A stretch of 64,000 nt of DNA from Eledone cirrhosa (GCA_964016885.1 OZ024746.1:48608001-48672000); one strand, 5' to 3'; shown: positions 14,528-27,679, counted from the first letter of the stretch. Numbers and translations: made by a program. The notes: generated from the sequence alone by a model not told the origin.

Positions 14528-15914
14528 TGCTTGTTTTTACTGTTGTTGTTGTTGTCATCGCTGCCAGTACGGTAGCTAATACTAACTCAACCTGTCAGCC
14601 ATACACTCATTACCCGTCTCTGACTAACTTCACATGAGTAAACCCAGCTCTATATGCTCCCACACTGTTGAGACCAATATTTAGGCGGCGAATTGGCAGA
14701 GTTGTTAGATAGAATGCTATGCAATATTCATTTCGGCTATCTGCTCTCTTTTGTTTTTCACTATAGCAAATGGAAATAGCAAGCTTATTTAAAGATGTTC
14801 AATTTACATATGTTCCCGACTGCTCTCTGTGTTCAAATCACGCTGAATTTAACTTTGCCTTTCATCAATTTGAGGTCAATAAAAAAGTGCCAATCAAGTA
14901 CTAGGGTCGATTCTTCCTTTATATCTCATTCACACTTCTATTCTCTCTCTTTCTCTCTACCCTTATCTGGTAGAAATCTGCTCTATTCGGATCTGGAATT
15001 ACGGTACCATGCATCTATATGGGTTAAATCCCATCATTTTTATAATTTACCTTTCTTTTTAAAATAATAATTATTCCATGAATATATTAGAGAAGATTCA
15101 ATAGAATATAAACCTACTTTCCTACATAGTTATGATATTATTTCAATATAAGAAACCAGACTTTGAGAATATATCTAAATCAGGATCATACGCTATCGAT
15201 CGTGATGATGTTCTAATTCAGATGTTTTGTATACTTATAATGTATGTATCGTATAATCTATTTCATTGGAAAATACTATCTGCCCATCGATATTTTATAA
15301 ATATATATATATATGTATTGGTCGGTCTCTTTGATCAAATAACCGTTTGATACTTTATAAAACTGTCAAGCTACTGGCGCATTCTTCAAAACAGAGGTAA
15401 TAAACAACAAAGTTACTCAGTCGGGAACATATATAAATTGGACGTCTTTAAATAAGCTTGCTATTTCCATTTCCTATAGTGAAAAATAAAAATGAAAAGT
15501 GTGCCAGAATTTCTTAGAAACGCAAAAAATAAGCACCAATAATTGTTTTCATGTGAAAACAGCTTTTCGTGGTATGACTACTAGTTTTCTATTCAAATAT
15601 ATAAATTACCTTGGCTTTTGGCTGAGTTACTTCTATCGTATTCGATTTGATTTCAATTTTATCTTAGAATTATTTCGTTTACTTTGCTAATACTTGGCCA
15701 GAATGGATATGATTATTACGACGCTTCAAGTATTTTCTCTCATCGAATATGTAGAATAGAACCCAGACATTTGCACATATATTTTAAGCTGTATCCAAGA
15801 CATACGTTTTCATTTATACTTTACATCATCTAATAAAGCCCATAATAAACATTTTGCTGGCCGTATAGGACTCAATTACTACGTAGAACATCTATATTTT
15901 TCTCTTTCTCTTTC

Positions 15915-16293
15915 GAGTATATTTTTTGACCGGCCACCTTCCTGGTGGCAAGGTTGTAAAAGAAAAGAAATTGTCATCCCTTGAATCGCAAGAATGTTTT
16001 GCAAATTTTGAAGGTGCCAGCTATCGCAGCCATTTGTAGACTATGAATTAGGGAGCTGCGCATTTTGTCCGCAAATCCAAGTTCGGTCATACTTTGGTCC
16101 AAGCGGGTTGGTATATAACCCGTAGCACCAATAATGATGGGTATGAAGCTAAAGGTGTATCTTGGATACTGGATTTGTAAACTCCTCATCAATGGTCTGT
16201 AGATGTCCTCCTTCTCCTGTATTTTTCTGACAACGTTTACATCAACGTTTTCAATGTGTGGTCCCAAACTACAATATCAGGCCGGTTGTGCTT
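15915..16293 (-). mobile_element. 3' fragment of R4/Dong-type (restriction-like endonuclease) non-LTR retrotransposon
   Basis: KHNRPDIVVWD motif (revcomp 16261-16293), then EKEDIYRPL...FIPIIIGATGYIP...LQMAAIAGTFKICKTFL, the typical RLE C-terminus. Confidence 0.8.
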
Positions 16294-16760
16294 TAATTAT
16301 GTATGCATGTATGTATGTATGTATGTATGTATGTATGTATGTATGTATGTATGTATGAGGGAGTTTATAGATAGGACAACACACGCTGTCTTTTCGTGGG
16401 GTAAGTTTTTAATTAATTTTTGTATTCTGAATCATCAAAATACAACAATTTATTGGTCACTGGACTCGGGAATGTCACGACAGAAGTTTGTGGAAGTTAC
16501 ACAAATATTTTAGTATATTTTAGCAGAGCAATCCTTATTTATATCTTACATTTTACATTTACTTACATCTCAATATAACATGGCTAAAATTCAAATTTTG
16601 CAAAGAGAAGAAAACGGTCAAATGAACTAGATACATCTCACTGTCCCCACCACCACAATAACGTCTACACTCTCTCCCCACCATCACATGTCATTACCAT
16701 ACCATACCCTATCTAGACTAAAGTCATCGACTTGTTGTCAAACTCTCTACTCTCTGTTGA

Positions 16761-16799
<39 letters not shown>

Positions 16800-17134
16800 A
16801 ATATGTATATGTGTGTATATACATCACTCAGTCAAACGACCAGATTTCAACCCCAACATCTACAACAACAACACTGGCACTGTTTACAGCAACAACAGCT
16901 TCAGAATGAACTGAAATGAACATTTACAACAACAACAACAGCGGCATCAAAACATAAAAAAAGGAAGGGAAAAGAAAAGAAAAGGGACCCCCCCCCCTCA
17001 AAATAACAAAACACACACACACACACACACGCACACAACACAACAACAACATCAACTGCCACCACCACCACCACCACCGCCACCACCGCCGCCATCACCA
17101 TCACCAGCGACCGGGCCTTAAGAAAACAACTTTA

Positions 17135-17285
17135 ATAATAATTTTTCTGCTTTTGGCACGGATCCAGTCTCTGGCCAGCGCATCACTGGTACTCTCTTTT
17201 GTTGACTCCGTGGGGATGAAGGGCAAGGTTGATCTCGGCGGGATTTGAGCTCAGAGCGTGGAGAGCCATAACTCTATGCTGTAAA
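17135..17285 (-). mobile_element. Diverged tRNA-derived SINE
   Basis: Match to SINE consensus with many A>G-type differences on the + strand. Confidence 0.75.
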
Positions 17286-17389
17286 GCAATTATAATAATA
17301 CTGGACTGTAATACGATCGGCTTCAACTATACAAACTCTTGAAAGTCAACAGTTGACATAATCTTGTAATCTTGTATCAGTAATGACGG

Positions 17390-17470
<81 letters not shown>

Positions 17471-18099
17471 CGTGTGAGTAGAGTAGCGTGTGCGTGTGTT
17501 TGTTTGTATGTATGTGTTGCTGTGTGCACGCATATGTATGCGTGTGTGTGTATGTCGTACGTATAAGTGTCAATAAGTGAGTTTTTTTTTTCTTTCTTTT
17601 TTGCGCGGGGACATGGAAATAATCGGGCTGGATGCCCGATCGCGCAGTTAAACCACTGGGAGTGAAGAACCCCTAGCCCTTGTCAGGGCATTCTTCTAGG
17701 AGAAGGCATCTCAGGAAACTGGGTTAACTCCGATATAAAACCTGCGGCTCAGTAGTTACCGATGATGTTGATCTTTTCTTCTTTTCGGGTTATAGCTACT
17801 GTCGCTCAGAGAGTGGGATTGGCTCAGTGCACAGTCTTTCCTCACTTTAAAAATATTCGTCACGCACAGGCATTGCACGAGTGCATTAATAATTATTAAT
17901 AGTGTAATATTATTATTATTATTATTATTACCATTATTATTACTTTTTTTTTTTTTTTCCAATTCAATGATGTTCCAGAACAATGTAAAAGAGATAATTG
18001 GCAATTTAGGTTCTGGAACAAAAAAGATCATTGGCAATAAGGGCAGGGGGCCCCAAGTTATCACAGCCCGGGCCCGCTCGTCATCGTGCCATTGTAATA

Positions 18100-21000
18100 G
18101 AGCCAAACAAGGCATTTAGTCTTGGCTGCTGGAACGTACGGACGCTGCTTGACAGGGATTCCTTGGAGCGTCCTGAACGAAGGACCGCTCTTGTTGCAAA
18201 GGAGCTTCGACGTTACGATCTTGACATCGTGGCTTTATCTGAGACGAGGTTAGCTGGAGATGGTCATCTTACGGAATTTTGTGGAGAATATACATTCTTC
18301 TGGAAAGGAAGAGATGAAGGAACTAGAAGAGAGGCTGGGGTAGGATTTGCTGTTAAGATTGTACTTGTGAATAAATTAGAAGAATTCCCAGTAGGGATTA
18401 GTGAGCGTCTTATGTCCATGAGAGTTCCGCTGGACAAGGGAAGATATGCTACCCTGGTGAGTGTGTATGCTCCAACTATGAATTCTGTCGATGAAGAAAA
18501 ACTGTCCTTTTACCATGCCTTGAAAGGTGTTCTAAGAAATATCCCTCAGGCAGACAAAGTCATCGTGCTTGGTGACTTTAATGCTAGAGTGGGTAGGGAT
18601 TTTAACACATGGAATGTAATCGGAAGGCATGGGGTGGGAAAGTGTAACAGCAATGGTATGCTCCTGCTGCAGATGTGTGAGGAGCTGGATCTGTGTGTTA
18701 CCAACACCATGTTCCAACAAAAGAACAAATTCAAGACCACATGGATGCATCCTGCATCTAAGGAATGGCATCTTTTGGACTACGTCCTAGTCAGGATGCG
18801 TGACAGACAGGATGTGCAGTCTGTTCGTGTTCTTTGTGGAGCTGAGTGCTGGACGGACCACCGCCTGGTACGCGCAAAAGTGAAACTAATCACCAAACGT
18901 AAAATCCGGGCTCCTGGTGTTACCCTGCCCAAAAGATTGAATGCTGCTCGTCTTAAGGATAAAAATGTGAAGAGGACATTGGAAGAAGAGATGCAGGCTG
19001 CAGATCTTGGTGAGGATTGGCCGACCCTTAAAAAGTCGGTTTATGATGTAGGCAGGCGTGTTCTGGGATTGGTGCAGAGAAAACATCAGGACTGGTTTAA
19101 TGAGAATGATGTACATATAGAAGACTTGTTGGCTGATAAGAGGCGTGCTCTGTCACGCTACTTGACGGCAAAACCACAGGAGAGGAATACGTTGCATGAG
19201 GAGCTCAGGGATGTAAAATCACGTGTTAGGCGGAGTCTTTCTCAGATGAAGGATCAGTGGTGGAGTGAGAAGGCTGGTGAGATACAAACTGCGTCTGATT
19301 CCAATAACACAAAGCTGTTGTACAGTCTCTTGCGTGAGGTTTATGGACCGTCTTCTTCTCTGGTGACACCGCTTCGCAGCAAGGATGGCAAAGAACTTCT
19401 TCGTGACTCACAGGGAATTCTACGAAGGTGGCGAGAGCACTTTTGATCTTTTGAATCAGCCGTCTGTCGTCAGTGAAGATTTCCTCAATCTCATTCCAGA
19501 AAGTCCTGTGAAAGTAGCTCTCGCAGAACCTCCGACGCTTGTGGAGGTTGCAGTGGCTATTTCGAAGCTGAACAGGAGAAGATCTCCAGGTATGGATGGC
19601 ATACATGCTGAGCTCCTACAATATGGTGGTGAGAGACTCCTGCAACATCTGCACTCTTTGTTTGGAAGGATATGGGCTAATGAATCCGTACCTGAGGACT
19701 GGAGAGATGCAGTAATGCTGGTCTTGTACAAGGGAAAGGGTAACAGGAATGATTGTGGGAACTACAGAGGTATATCATTGCTTTCTGTCGTAGGGAAAGT
19801 TTTATGTAGGGTGCTTCTGGACCGTCTGCTGACACACATTGCAGATTGTGTTCTTCCTGAAAGTCAATCTGGTTTTCGTGCTGGACGCGGCACTACTGAT
19901 ATGATCTTCTCAGCCAGACAGCTCCAGGAGAAGTGCATTGAACAAGACTTGGATCTGTATCAGGTTTTTGTCGATCTGACAAAGGCTTTCGATACTGTCA
20001 ACAGAGATGCATTATGGAAGGTTCTCCAGAAACTTGGTTGCCCTGATAAGTTCCTTGCTTTAGTTAGGTCTTTCGATGACGACATGAAGGCTTGGGTTAA
20101 TGTCGGAGGTAACATGTCGGAGCCTATCTCAGTAAAAAATGGAGTGAAACAGGGGGATATTCCAGCACCGACCCTGTTTGCCATATACTTTGCAATGGTT
20201 TTCTGTATTGCATTCAGGAATTGCGAGCATGGTGTTTACATCCGATATTGAACCTCAGGCAGCATATTTAACATCAGGCGCTTTGCTGCGAAGACAAAAG
20301 TATTTACATCAATCATAAGAGACCTCTTGTATGCAGATGATTGCGATCTTGTAGCGCACACAGAGAGTGATATGCAGCACATTTTGAATGCATTTTCTGA
20401 CGCTTGCACTGCCCTGGGTTTGACTGTTAGTCTCAATAAAACCATCGTCATGTACCAACCTGCCCCTAGTAAGCAGTACACTGAACCAAACATCTATGTG
20501 TATGGCAAACGATTTGGAGTGGTTGATCAGTTTGTCTACCTGGGAAGCACTGTCAATCGATACGGCAACCTTGACAGTGAAATCTCACTTAGGATTAGGA
20601 AAGCAAGTGATTCTTTCGGAAAGTTAGAAAGGTGACTCTGGGGTCGGCGAGACATATGCAGGAGGACAAAGGTAAAGGTGTACAGGCCATGTGTACTCTC
20701 TTGTCTTCTTTATGCCTGCGAGACCTGGGTCACATATCGACACCACCTTAAGCAATTGGCGCGTTTCCATCAGATGTGTCTCAGACGGATCCACGGCGTT
20801 CACTGGAGGGACCACATCAGTGATGTCGAGATTTTGGAAAGCCCTATGTGTGACAGTATAGAAGCTCTTGTGCTTAAGCAACGACTCCGTTGGAGTGGTC
20901 ACCTTGCCAGGATGAAGGATTCTAGAATACCAAAACAACTCTTCTATGGAGAGTTGGTTAAAGGAAAACGACCGCCACATAAACCAAAAAAATAGGTATA

Positions 21001-21512
21001 AGGATTCCTTGAAAGCCTCTCTGAAAGACGTTAACATCTCTGCTGATACATCGGAAAATATTGCTGCTGATCGTAATAAATGGAGAAAGACTGTATATGA
21101 GGGAAAAGTTGCCTTTGAGGCATCTCGAATCGCACACGAGAAAGTACAGTGGGATGTGAGGAAGGGCATTGCTGTTGCACTTCCAGACGGCGAGGGTCCT
21201 CCTATGGTGCTGACATGCAGCGTCTGTGCGAGACTCTGCCTAAGCAAAGCTGGACTCGAAAGTCATCTTCGCAGTCATAAAGTAAGACCAGTGGTTGACT
21301 ACCAGGCTGCTGTTGGAGATGCTACTCATCATGCTTGCCAAACATGTGGTAGAGAATGTAAATCAGCAGGAGGGCTCAAGCGACATGTAAAAGTACACGA
21401 ACTCCAACCACAGCCGACTATTCCCAGTGAATGTTTTGGTTGCCGACTCTGTGCAAGACATTTTAGAACATTGGCTGGGCTAAAAAGCCACATTCGATCG
21501 CAGCACTGTTAG
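18100..21512 (+). pseudogene. RTE ORF: APE endonuclease, reverse transcriptase and three C2H2 zinc fingers; 2 frameshifts and 2 stops
   Basis: APE motifs WNVRTL, LSETR, GDFNARVG, LDY, TDH; RT motifs YRGISLLS, FVDLTKAFD, GVKQGD, YADD, YLGS; RLRWSGH; three CxxC..HxxxH fingers in 20946-21512. Lesions near 19440 (frameshift), 20249 (TGA), 20633 (TGA) and 20990 (frameshift). Confidence 0.95.
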
Positions 21513-21609
21513 TTGCTATCGTGTGTGTGTGTAGATATGCTTATGTGCGTGCGTGTGTGTGTATATATATATATGAATATGTATATTATTATTGTTGTTG
21601 TCGTTATTC

Positions 21610-21812
21610 CTTGAATCTCAGTCATTGATGTTGGTTAACTGGAAAGTCCGTTGGATTGAATATCAAGCCACTACCTGCAGCCTCAGATATTCAGGACGTA
21701 TCGGAGGGTTCTTGCTGTTCCAAGCAAGCATGCCTTTTGAAACGTTCCAAAAAGCGTGAAGGGGCCGATTTTCTTTAACCATCCCTGGAAACTTTTGGAG
21801 ATAGTCCCCAGT
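21610..21812 (-). mobile_element. 3' terminal fragment of a second R4/Dong-type LINE
   Basis: Revcomp translates LGTISKSFQGWLKKIG...FQKACLLGTARTLRYVLNI*, a typical RLE C-terminus. Confidence 0.8.
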
Positions 21813-21979
21813 GTTGTCGTTATTATTATTATTGCTATTATTATTATTATTATTATTATTATTGTTATTAATGTATGTGTGTGTGTATATGTGTGTGTAT
21901 GTGTATGTATGTGTGTATGTATATATGTGTGTATGTATGTATATATATATATATATATTTCTTTTTTTTTATTTTTTTC

Positions 21980-22020
<41 letters not shown>

Positions 22021-22023
<3 letters not shown>

Positions 22024-22270
22024 GTTTCTACGTTAGGCACAAGGCCAGCAATTACCTAGTGCATTACTGGTACTTTATTTTATCGACCCCGTAAGGATGA
22101 AAGGCAAAGTCAACCTCAGCGGGATTTGAACTCAGATCGTAAAGGGACGTAACTATGTCTTTCATCCTTAGGTTGACTTTGTGTTCATCCTTACGGGCTC
22201 GATAAAATAAAGTACCAGTAATGCACTGGGTAATTGCTGGCCTTGTGCCTAAAGTAGAAACAATTATTAT
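22021..22270. mobile_element. Inverted pair of 5'-truncated SINEs
   Basis: 22021-22116 is the near reverse complement of 22170-22264. Confidence 0.9.
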
Positions 22271-22495
22271 TATTATTATTATTATTATTATTTTATTTTA
22301 TTTTATTTTATTTATTTATTTATTTTTTTTCTCGTGCAATGGCCATACTCGATAACGAGGGGGCAGCCATCATGTATGTATGTATTTATGTACGTGTGTA
22401 TGTACGTAGGTACGTACGTACGGGCGTATGTATGTATGTATGTATGTATGTATGTATGTATGTATGTATGTATGTATGTCAAAGACTATGGGTTC

Positions 22496-22772
22496 TTCTT
22501 CTAGGAGCAGGCAACTCAGGAAACTTGGATAACTCCGATATAAAACCTGCTCAGTAGTTATCGATGATGTTGATCTTTTCTTTTTTTCGGGTTATAGCTA
22601 CTGTCGCTCAGAGAGTGGGATTGGCTCAGTGCACAGTCTTTCCTCACTTTAAAAATATCTTCACGCACAGGCATTGCACGATGGAATTAATTAATAATTA
22701 TTAATAATGGTATATCATGCAATGGCCATACTCGATAACGAGAGGGCAGCGATCATCATGTATGTATGTATG
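22496..22772 (+). mobile_element. Short RTE-derived non-autonomous element (5'UTR piece plus 3' tail)
   Basis: 22496-22710 nearly identical to 17691-17905; followed by the GGCCATACTCGATAACGAG...(GTAT)n tail. Confidence 0.8.
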
Positions 22773-23199
22773 AAACTTTTGTAAAGGTAGATGGCGCAAG
22801 TAAATTGTAAGGCATAAAAATATGAAGATGAGAACAAATTTAAAGTGGTAAGAATCTTTTGAATTTCACGTTAAAGGAGGTAAATTTTGTCGTATCTGAC
22901 ATGTGTCACTCTAAGCTAGTTACATGAAATACCAGTTTAAAGTAAATCATAAACACTTTTTCTGTGATTATTCACCTTAATAAGAATGAAAGAAAAACGA
23001 GTTAACTGTATTAATATCATCGCTAGACATCCAGAAGATCTCATGATCATGTTCAGTAAGCCGATACAACGATTGAATCTAGTTTTGTGTTATAGAATAT
23101 TATACTGTTTATACTCCTGACATTTGTAAATTATTCTATGTACTATACGTGCAGCTTTGACGAGTTGTAGTGCACCTGAGCACTGTACACAATTTCCTT

Positions 23200-24640
23200 T
23201 TTTTTCTTCATTGTTGGTACTAATCGCATTGACTTTAATAGTGAATTTTCTAAAAAGAAACGACGCCGAAGTTTTCCAGTCTTAAGTAAAAGGAACCCCA
23301 AACTTCAAGGTCTGATAACACAAGCACCATATTCATGCCTAAGTCTATGAAAGTATATCTCTAAGGCCAGTGATGATATAGCAGAAAAGATATAAGCCGA
23401 TTTAAATGAATTCCTTTGCATTCAGCTTAGCTTTTGATGTATCGACCGACAGACAGGAAAACGCACAAGCTGCAGTATTTGTTCATTAAGTTTCCTTTGA
23501 TGTAACTGAAAAAGAAGCGATGCTGAACGTTAAATAAACAACTCGTGATGTTGACATTAGAGATGCACTTGGCAAACTTTAACTAATTACTCATGTTCCA
23601 CTGAAAAACTTGTTGGTGTTACAACAGATGGAACATCTTCAATCGTGGGAGGAAATGTAGGATTAATTGCACTTATTAAAAGCGATTGCAGCGCTTCGGC
23701 GTTTTTCTCCGATCATTACATTATTAAACATGTACACCCAGCATATCAATACCTCAAGCATGCATGTTTTGAAATGTCTCCTTGAAATTATCAATATCAC
23801 ACACTTAAAAAGGAACACCCATCGACATTTCAAAATAACTACTGAAGAAATGGACATTAAAGATAAACCCAGGGGTGTCTCTTTCTGTTGTATGGTGGAG
23901 TGGCTGTCAGTGGGCAGAGATCGAGATCGGTTTTGTGATCTTTTACAGCAAGATGATTAATGAATGCAAAATACAATAAATTATCTAGAACCTCTCGACA
24001 TGTCTCTCCAAACATATTTTAAGATTGTTTCTAAACCTTATACAAACAATTTTTAACTTTTAGAATACAATAACAGCTTCAAAGAGAAATATTGTTAAGA
24101 AATGTAGCTCACATTCCAAATCTCAATACAAGTGTAAATTTATTCTTTAATATTGAATAAAAAAAAAATTCAAAATAGAAGAATACAAAGATAAATTACA
24201 CGAAATCCTTGAAGATTTCCGAATTAGGCGTAAAGACTGGTAGGAGTTGAAGCCCTGCTTTACTGGTCTTATAAATCCATACATTGTTGCTGTTGTTAAT
24301 GATGATGGTCTCATTCTCGAACCTCTGGTTACACAATCATCTGTTGTGGAAATGGAACGAATGGAAATACAGCAGGAGCTGAATCTAAAGATGATCTTTA
24401 AATTTACAATCTAAAATTGAGCTCTGAAAATATATGCAAAAAAATAAAATTATCTGAACTGAAGCAAACGAGTGTGCAGCTCATCATAGTTTTCAGAACA
24501 GCATATTGCTGTCAATTATTTTACTGTGTAATGTTTGTAAATTTGAAGCCTAATACAAACTTTACAAATAAACAGCTGCCGGCGCTATTTCATACAGTAC
24601 TGGCAACATATCAACTTCATTTATACAACTCACAGTAACT
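23200..24640 (+). pseudogene. Decayed hAT (Buster/SPIN, GTF2IRD2/ZBED-like) transposase
   Basis: Remnant motifs FSLAFDVSTDRQENAQAAVFV (~23420; consensus SLALDESTD..QLAVF), GVTTDGTSSIVG (~23615), HYII (HCIIH-like) and VEWLS (VRWLS-like); many stops and frameshifts; boundaries approximate. Confidence 0.75.
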
Positions 24641-25616
24641 CACATGACCACTATTATATCACAATGACTCACATGATTACTACTATTAGTACATAGTAGC
24701 TTCAATAGCCTGATAAGTGCAGTATTGTCTGTCTGCTAGAAAAATATTATAATTAAATTATTGTCTGATTAAAATATTATAGGTTTGCTATTTTTTATAT
24801 ATTTTCTTCTATATTTTCAGAAGATATTTATCTATTTATATGAATATCGTTAAACATATTTGTTCAGTTTCTGTAAGTAATATTTTTTAGTAATTTATTT
24901 TTACCTTATACAAACGCAAATTTGAATGTTCCCTTAATTAACTAAGGTATTAAATAGAATAAACCATGATTCATCAAGATTTTGAAAGCAATTGTTATAT
25001 ACATCCATCCATGGGATGGAGAGGAAGCTTGACGCTGGCATTCAAAACCTGGCAGAGGCGATCTCTCTCCAGGTCTAAACACAACCAATTTCTTCCAGGG
25101 AAAACAAGCAAGAGAAAGGAAGAGAGAAAAAGAGTGACATAGAAAAGGAGAGAGGGGGGAGAAATAGATAGATAGATAGATGGATAGATAGAGGGAGGGA
25201 AAGAGAGAGAAAAAGAAATAGAGAAAGAGAGAGAAAAAGAAAGAGACAAAGAGAGAGAAAAAGAAAGAGACAAAGAGAGAAGGAAAGTAAGAAAGAAATT
25301 TAGAGGAAGAATTAATTTCAGTATTGGACTGGTATTTTATTTATAGACCTCGAAAATATAAAATGTTAAGTTGATCACAGCGGGACTTGAACTTGAATAC
25401 CCAAAGGTTTCTATCGGACGTTCTAACGACTCAGCCAATTCGCCGCTTATGTGCTCAGTCTCATTTATATCAGTTCCACGAGTTTTGGCTCCTCTCTCTC
25501 TTAATTACATTCTTTTACGTATTTTCTACTTTTCCCTCTTTTTACTAACCTCACACACTTGTGTCTATGTCAACCTGTCATCCTCGTAATCACTTGCTTG
25601 ACTGCATTTTCTTTCT

Positions 25617-25634
25617 TTCTCTTCAGTTGTATCC

Positions 25635-25724
<90 letters not shown>

Positions 25725-26125
25725 TCCTCCCTGCCTCTCTCTCTCACCATTCATATTCATGTCCAAATATCCCTTTCTCTAACTTTCGCTATTACTCATT
25801 CACATATTAAAATAAGTTCTGAGACAAGAATATTAATACATTATTGCGATTCTTACACACAAAATAGCCATCATCCTTCCCTTCTTTTACTGATTCACCT
25901 GGCCCTCTCTCATATTAACTTTCCTCTCATATGTTCTAAATTTTTTTGCAGACCCCTCTCTCTCCCTCACTCGCTCTCCCTCACTCGCTCTCCATCTCTC
26001 GCTCTCCATCTCTCGCTCTCCCTCTCTTGCTCTCCATCTCCCGCTCTCCATCTCTCGCTCTCCCTCTCTTGCTCTCCATCTCCTGCTCTCCATATCTCGC
26101 TCTCCCTCTCTTGCTCTCCCTCCCT
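25617..26125. repeat. (CT)n run and CT-rich minisatellite (CGCTCTCCATCTCT-like units)
   Basis: Visible repeats. Confidence 0.85.
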
Positions 26126-26568
26126 CTCAACCTTGCTACACTTTCGTGAACTCTCTAATGCTATAGTCTCTTGAGAGAATTGATTCAATAGTTTTAACCC
26201 AAATTTTAGCAGACAATCGATTGAAATATCTCAACAGAAACTACATCGCACTTATGGTATCTAAAAAAATAATCGATATAAGCGGAGGAAAAAATGGAAA
26301 AGAATAGCCTAACAGAACAGTGCAACATTCCTGAGATCATCTTTAAGGATATTATCACATAGATGCTATACACACACACACACACACATATATATATGAA
26401 TGTACGTATTGTATATTTATTAATAAACTATGTTTATTTAAAAACATTTTTAAGGCCTTCCGTTATGAATTTTAAGGTAGTAACTAATATCACAAACCCA
26501 GCTTCAGCAAAAACCAGTATATTATTAAATATACAATACGTACATATATATATACACACACACGCACA

Positions 26569-26641
<73 letters not shown>

Positions 26642-26647
26642 AGACAC

Positions 26648-26736
<89 letters not shown>

Positions 26737-27241
26737 GTATATATATAAATATATATATACATATATATATATATACCACATTGGCATATGGTTGGACAAT
26801 ACGCGTGTCCCTGGACGCTTTTTGCGTGTAGGGATATATACTTTATTATTATTATCTCCTCTTGGTCGAGATAAAATTTGGTCGATTTGACTGCTACTAT
26901 TTATAGTGGTAGTAGACTGACCTCCCTTGCCTCTACTTCTATCTTTACACACGACACTGGACAGAATTGCTTCCACATCATTCATTCTCATCTCGGGAAC
27001 AATTTTGAATAACGCCAGTTCGTAATTTGAACTCGGGAATTTTATATTCTCCGAGTGAAAAGAACCTTCTGACGAGAGTTTATATTTAAAATAGAAGGCC
27101 GCAAGGACTGTCCATTTATTTTTGAGACTCGAAACCGATTCGGTAAAGGTAACCATAGTGAGTACAGTGAATTTTTTGAAATTTATTTGGAAACTTTTTC
27201 TTATTTAACTTTGATTATATATATATATATGTATATATGTA

Positions 27242-27402
27242 TAACGAAGGATGTGTGGTAAGGAACCAGATGGACCATAACGCACCAGAGTACTAAATAC
27301 TTCAATACTTAGAGTAGTAGAGTGGGTAATAGGAAAATGTGGACCCAGAAATAGCCGTCGAAACGGCTTGAGCTCTGCCGTCGGTGTTAAACATTTTCCT
27401 AT
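27242..27402 (+). repeat. Short repeat with hammerhead-like motif (non-canonical core), copy 1
   Basis: Homologous to 37261-37364 (+) and 38072-38140 (-); GAAAC-GGC...GCC-GTC stem III; 12-bp outer stem ATAGGAAAATGT/ACATTTTCCTAT. Confidence 0.65.
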
Positions 27403-27626
27403 ATGCATATATATATATACATATAAGTATGTATCCGTACATACATATATGTATACAGACGTACAGTAGTATGTATATATATATACATACATGCACATAT
27501 ATATATATATACGTATGGATTCACCGAACATTTATTATAATGCTCGGTGTGTTTGTAAACAAACATCCCGAATTAAGCCGTACAGTGTCTAGCAACCATC
27601 GTTGCTCATTTGTTCAACACCGACAA

Positions 27627-27679
27627 AGGAACGCTGCACTAGTTTCAAGCTTATTAGCTATCGTCAGCAACGTATACCT
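27627..27679 (-). ncRNA. Type I hammerhead ribozyme motif, probably inactive (GUG at cleavage triplet)
   Basis: Revcomp ACGTTG CTGACGA T AGCT AATA AGCT T GAAAC TA GTG CAGCGT. Confidence 0.8.

Larger units (their letters stand above)
17600..22480 (+). mobile_element. RTE-clade (BovB-like) LINE, near full length, with interrupted UTRs
   Basis: 5'UTR-like head 17600-17905; ORF 18.1-21.5 kb; 3' tail GGCCATACTCGATAACGAG...GCAGCCATCAT(GTAT)n at 22340-22480. The 3'UTR is split by an R4 fragment and a SINE pair. Confidence 0.85.

Noticed and set aside
18031-18100. Predicted N-terminus MAIRAGGPK... of the RTE ORF
   Set aside because: Non-ATG start; the GGGCCC-rich segment looks like unrelated inserted sequence. 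APE homology begins near FSLGCWNVRTL.
17691-22710. ~210-bp direct repeats flanking the RTE, suggesting LTRs
   Set aside because: No TG..CA ends or PBS, and RTE is non-LTR. The second copy has its own RTE tail and is better explained as a separate non-autonomous insertion.
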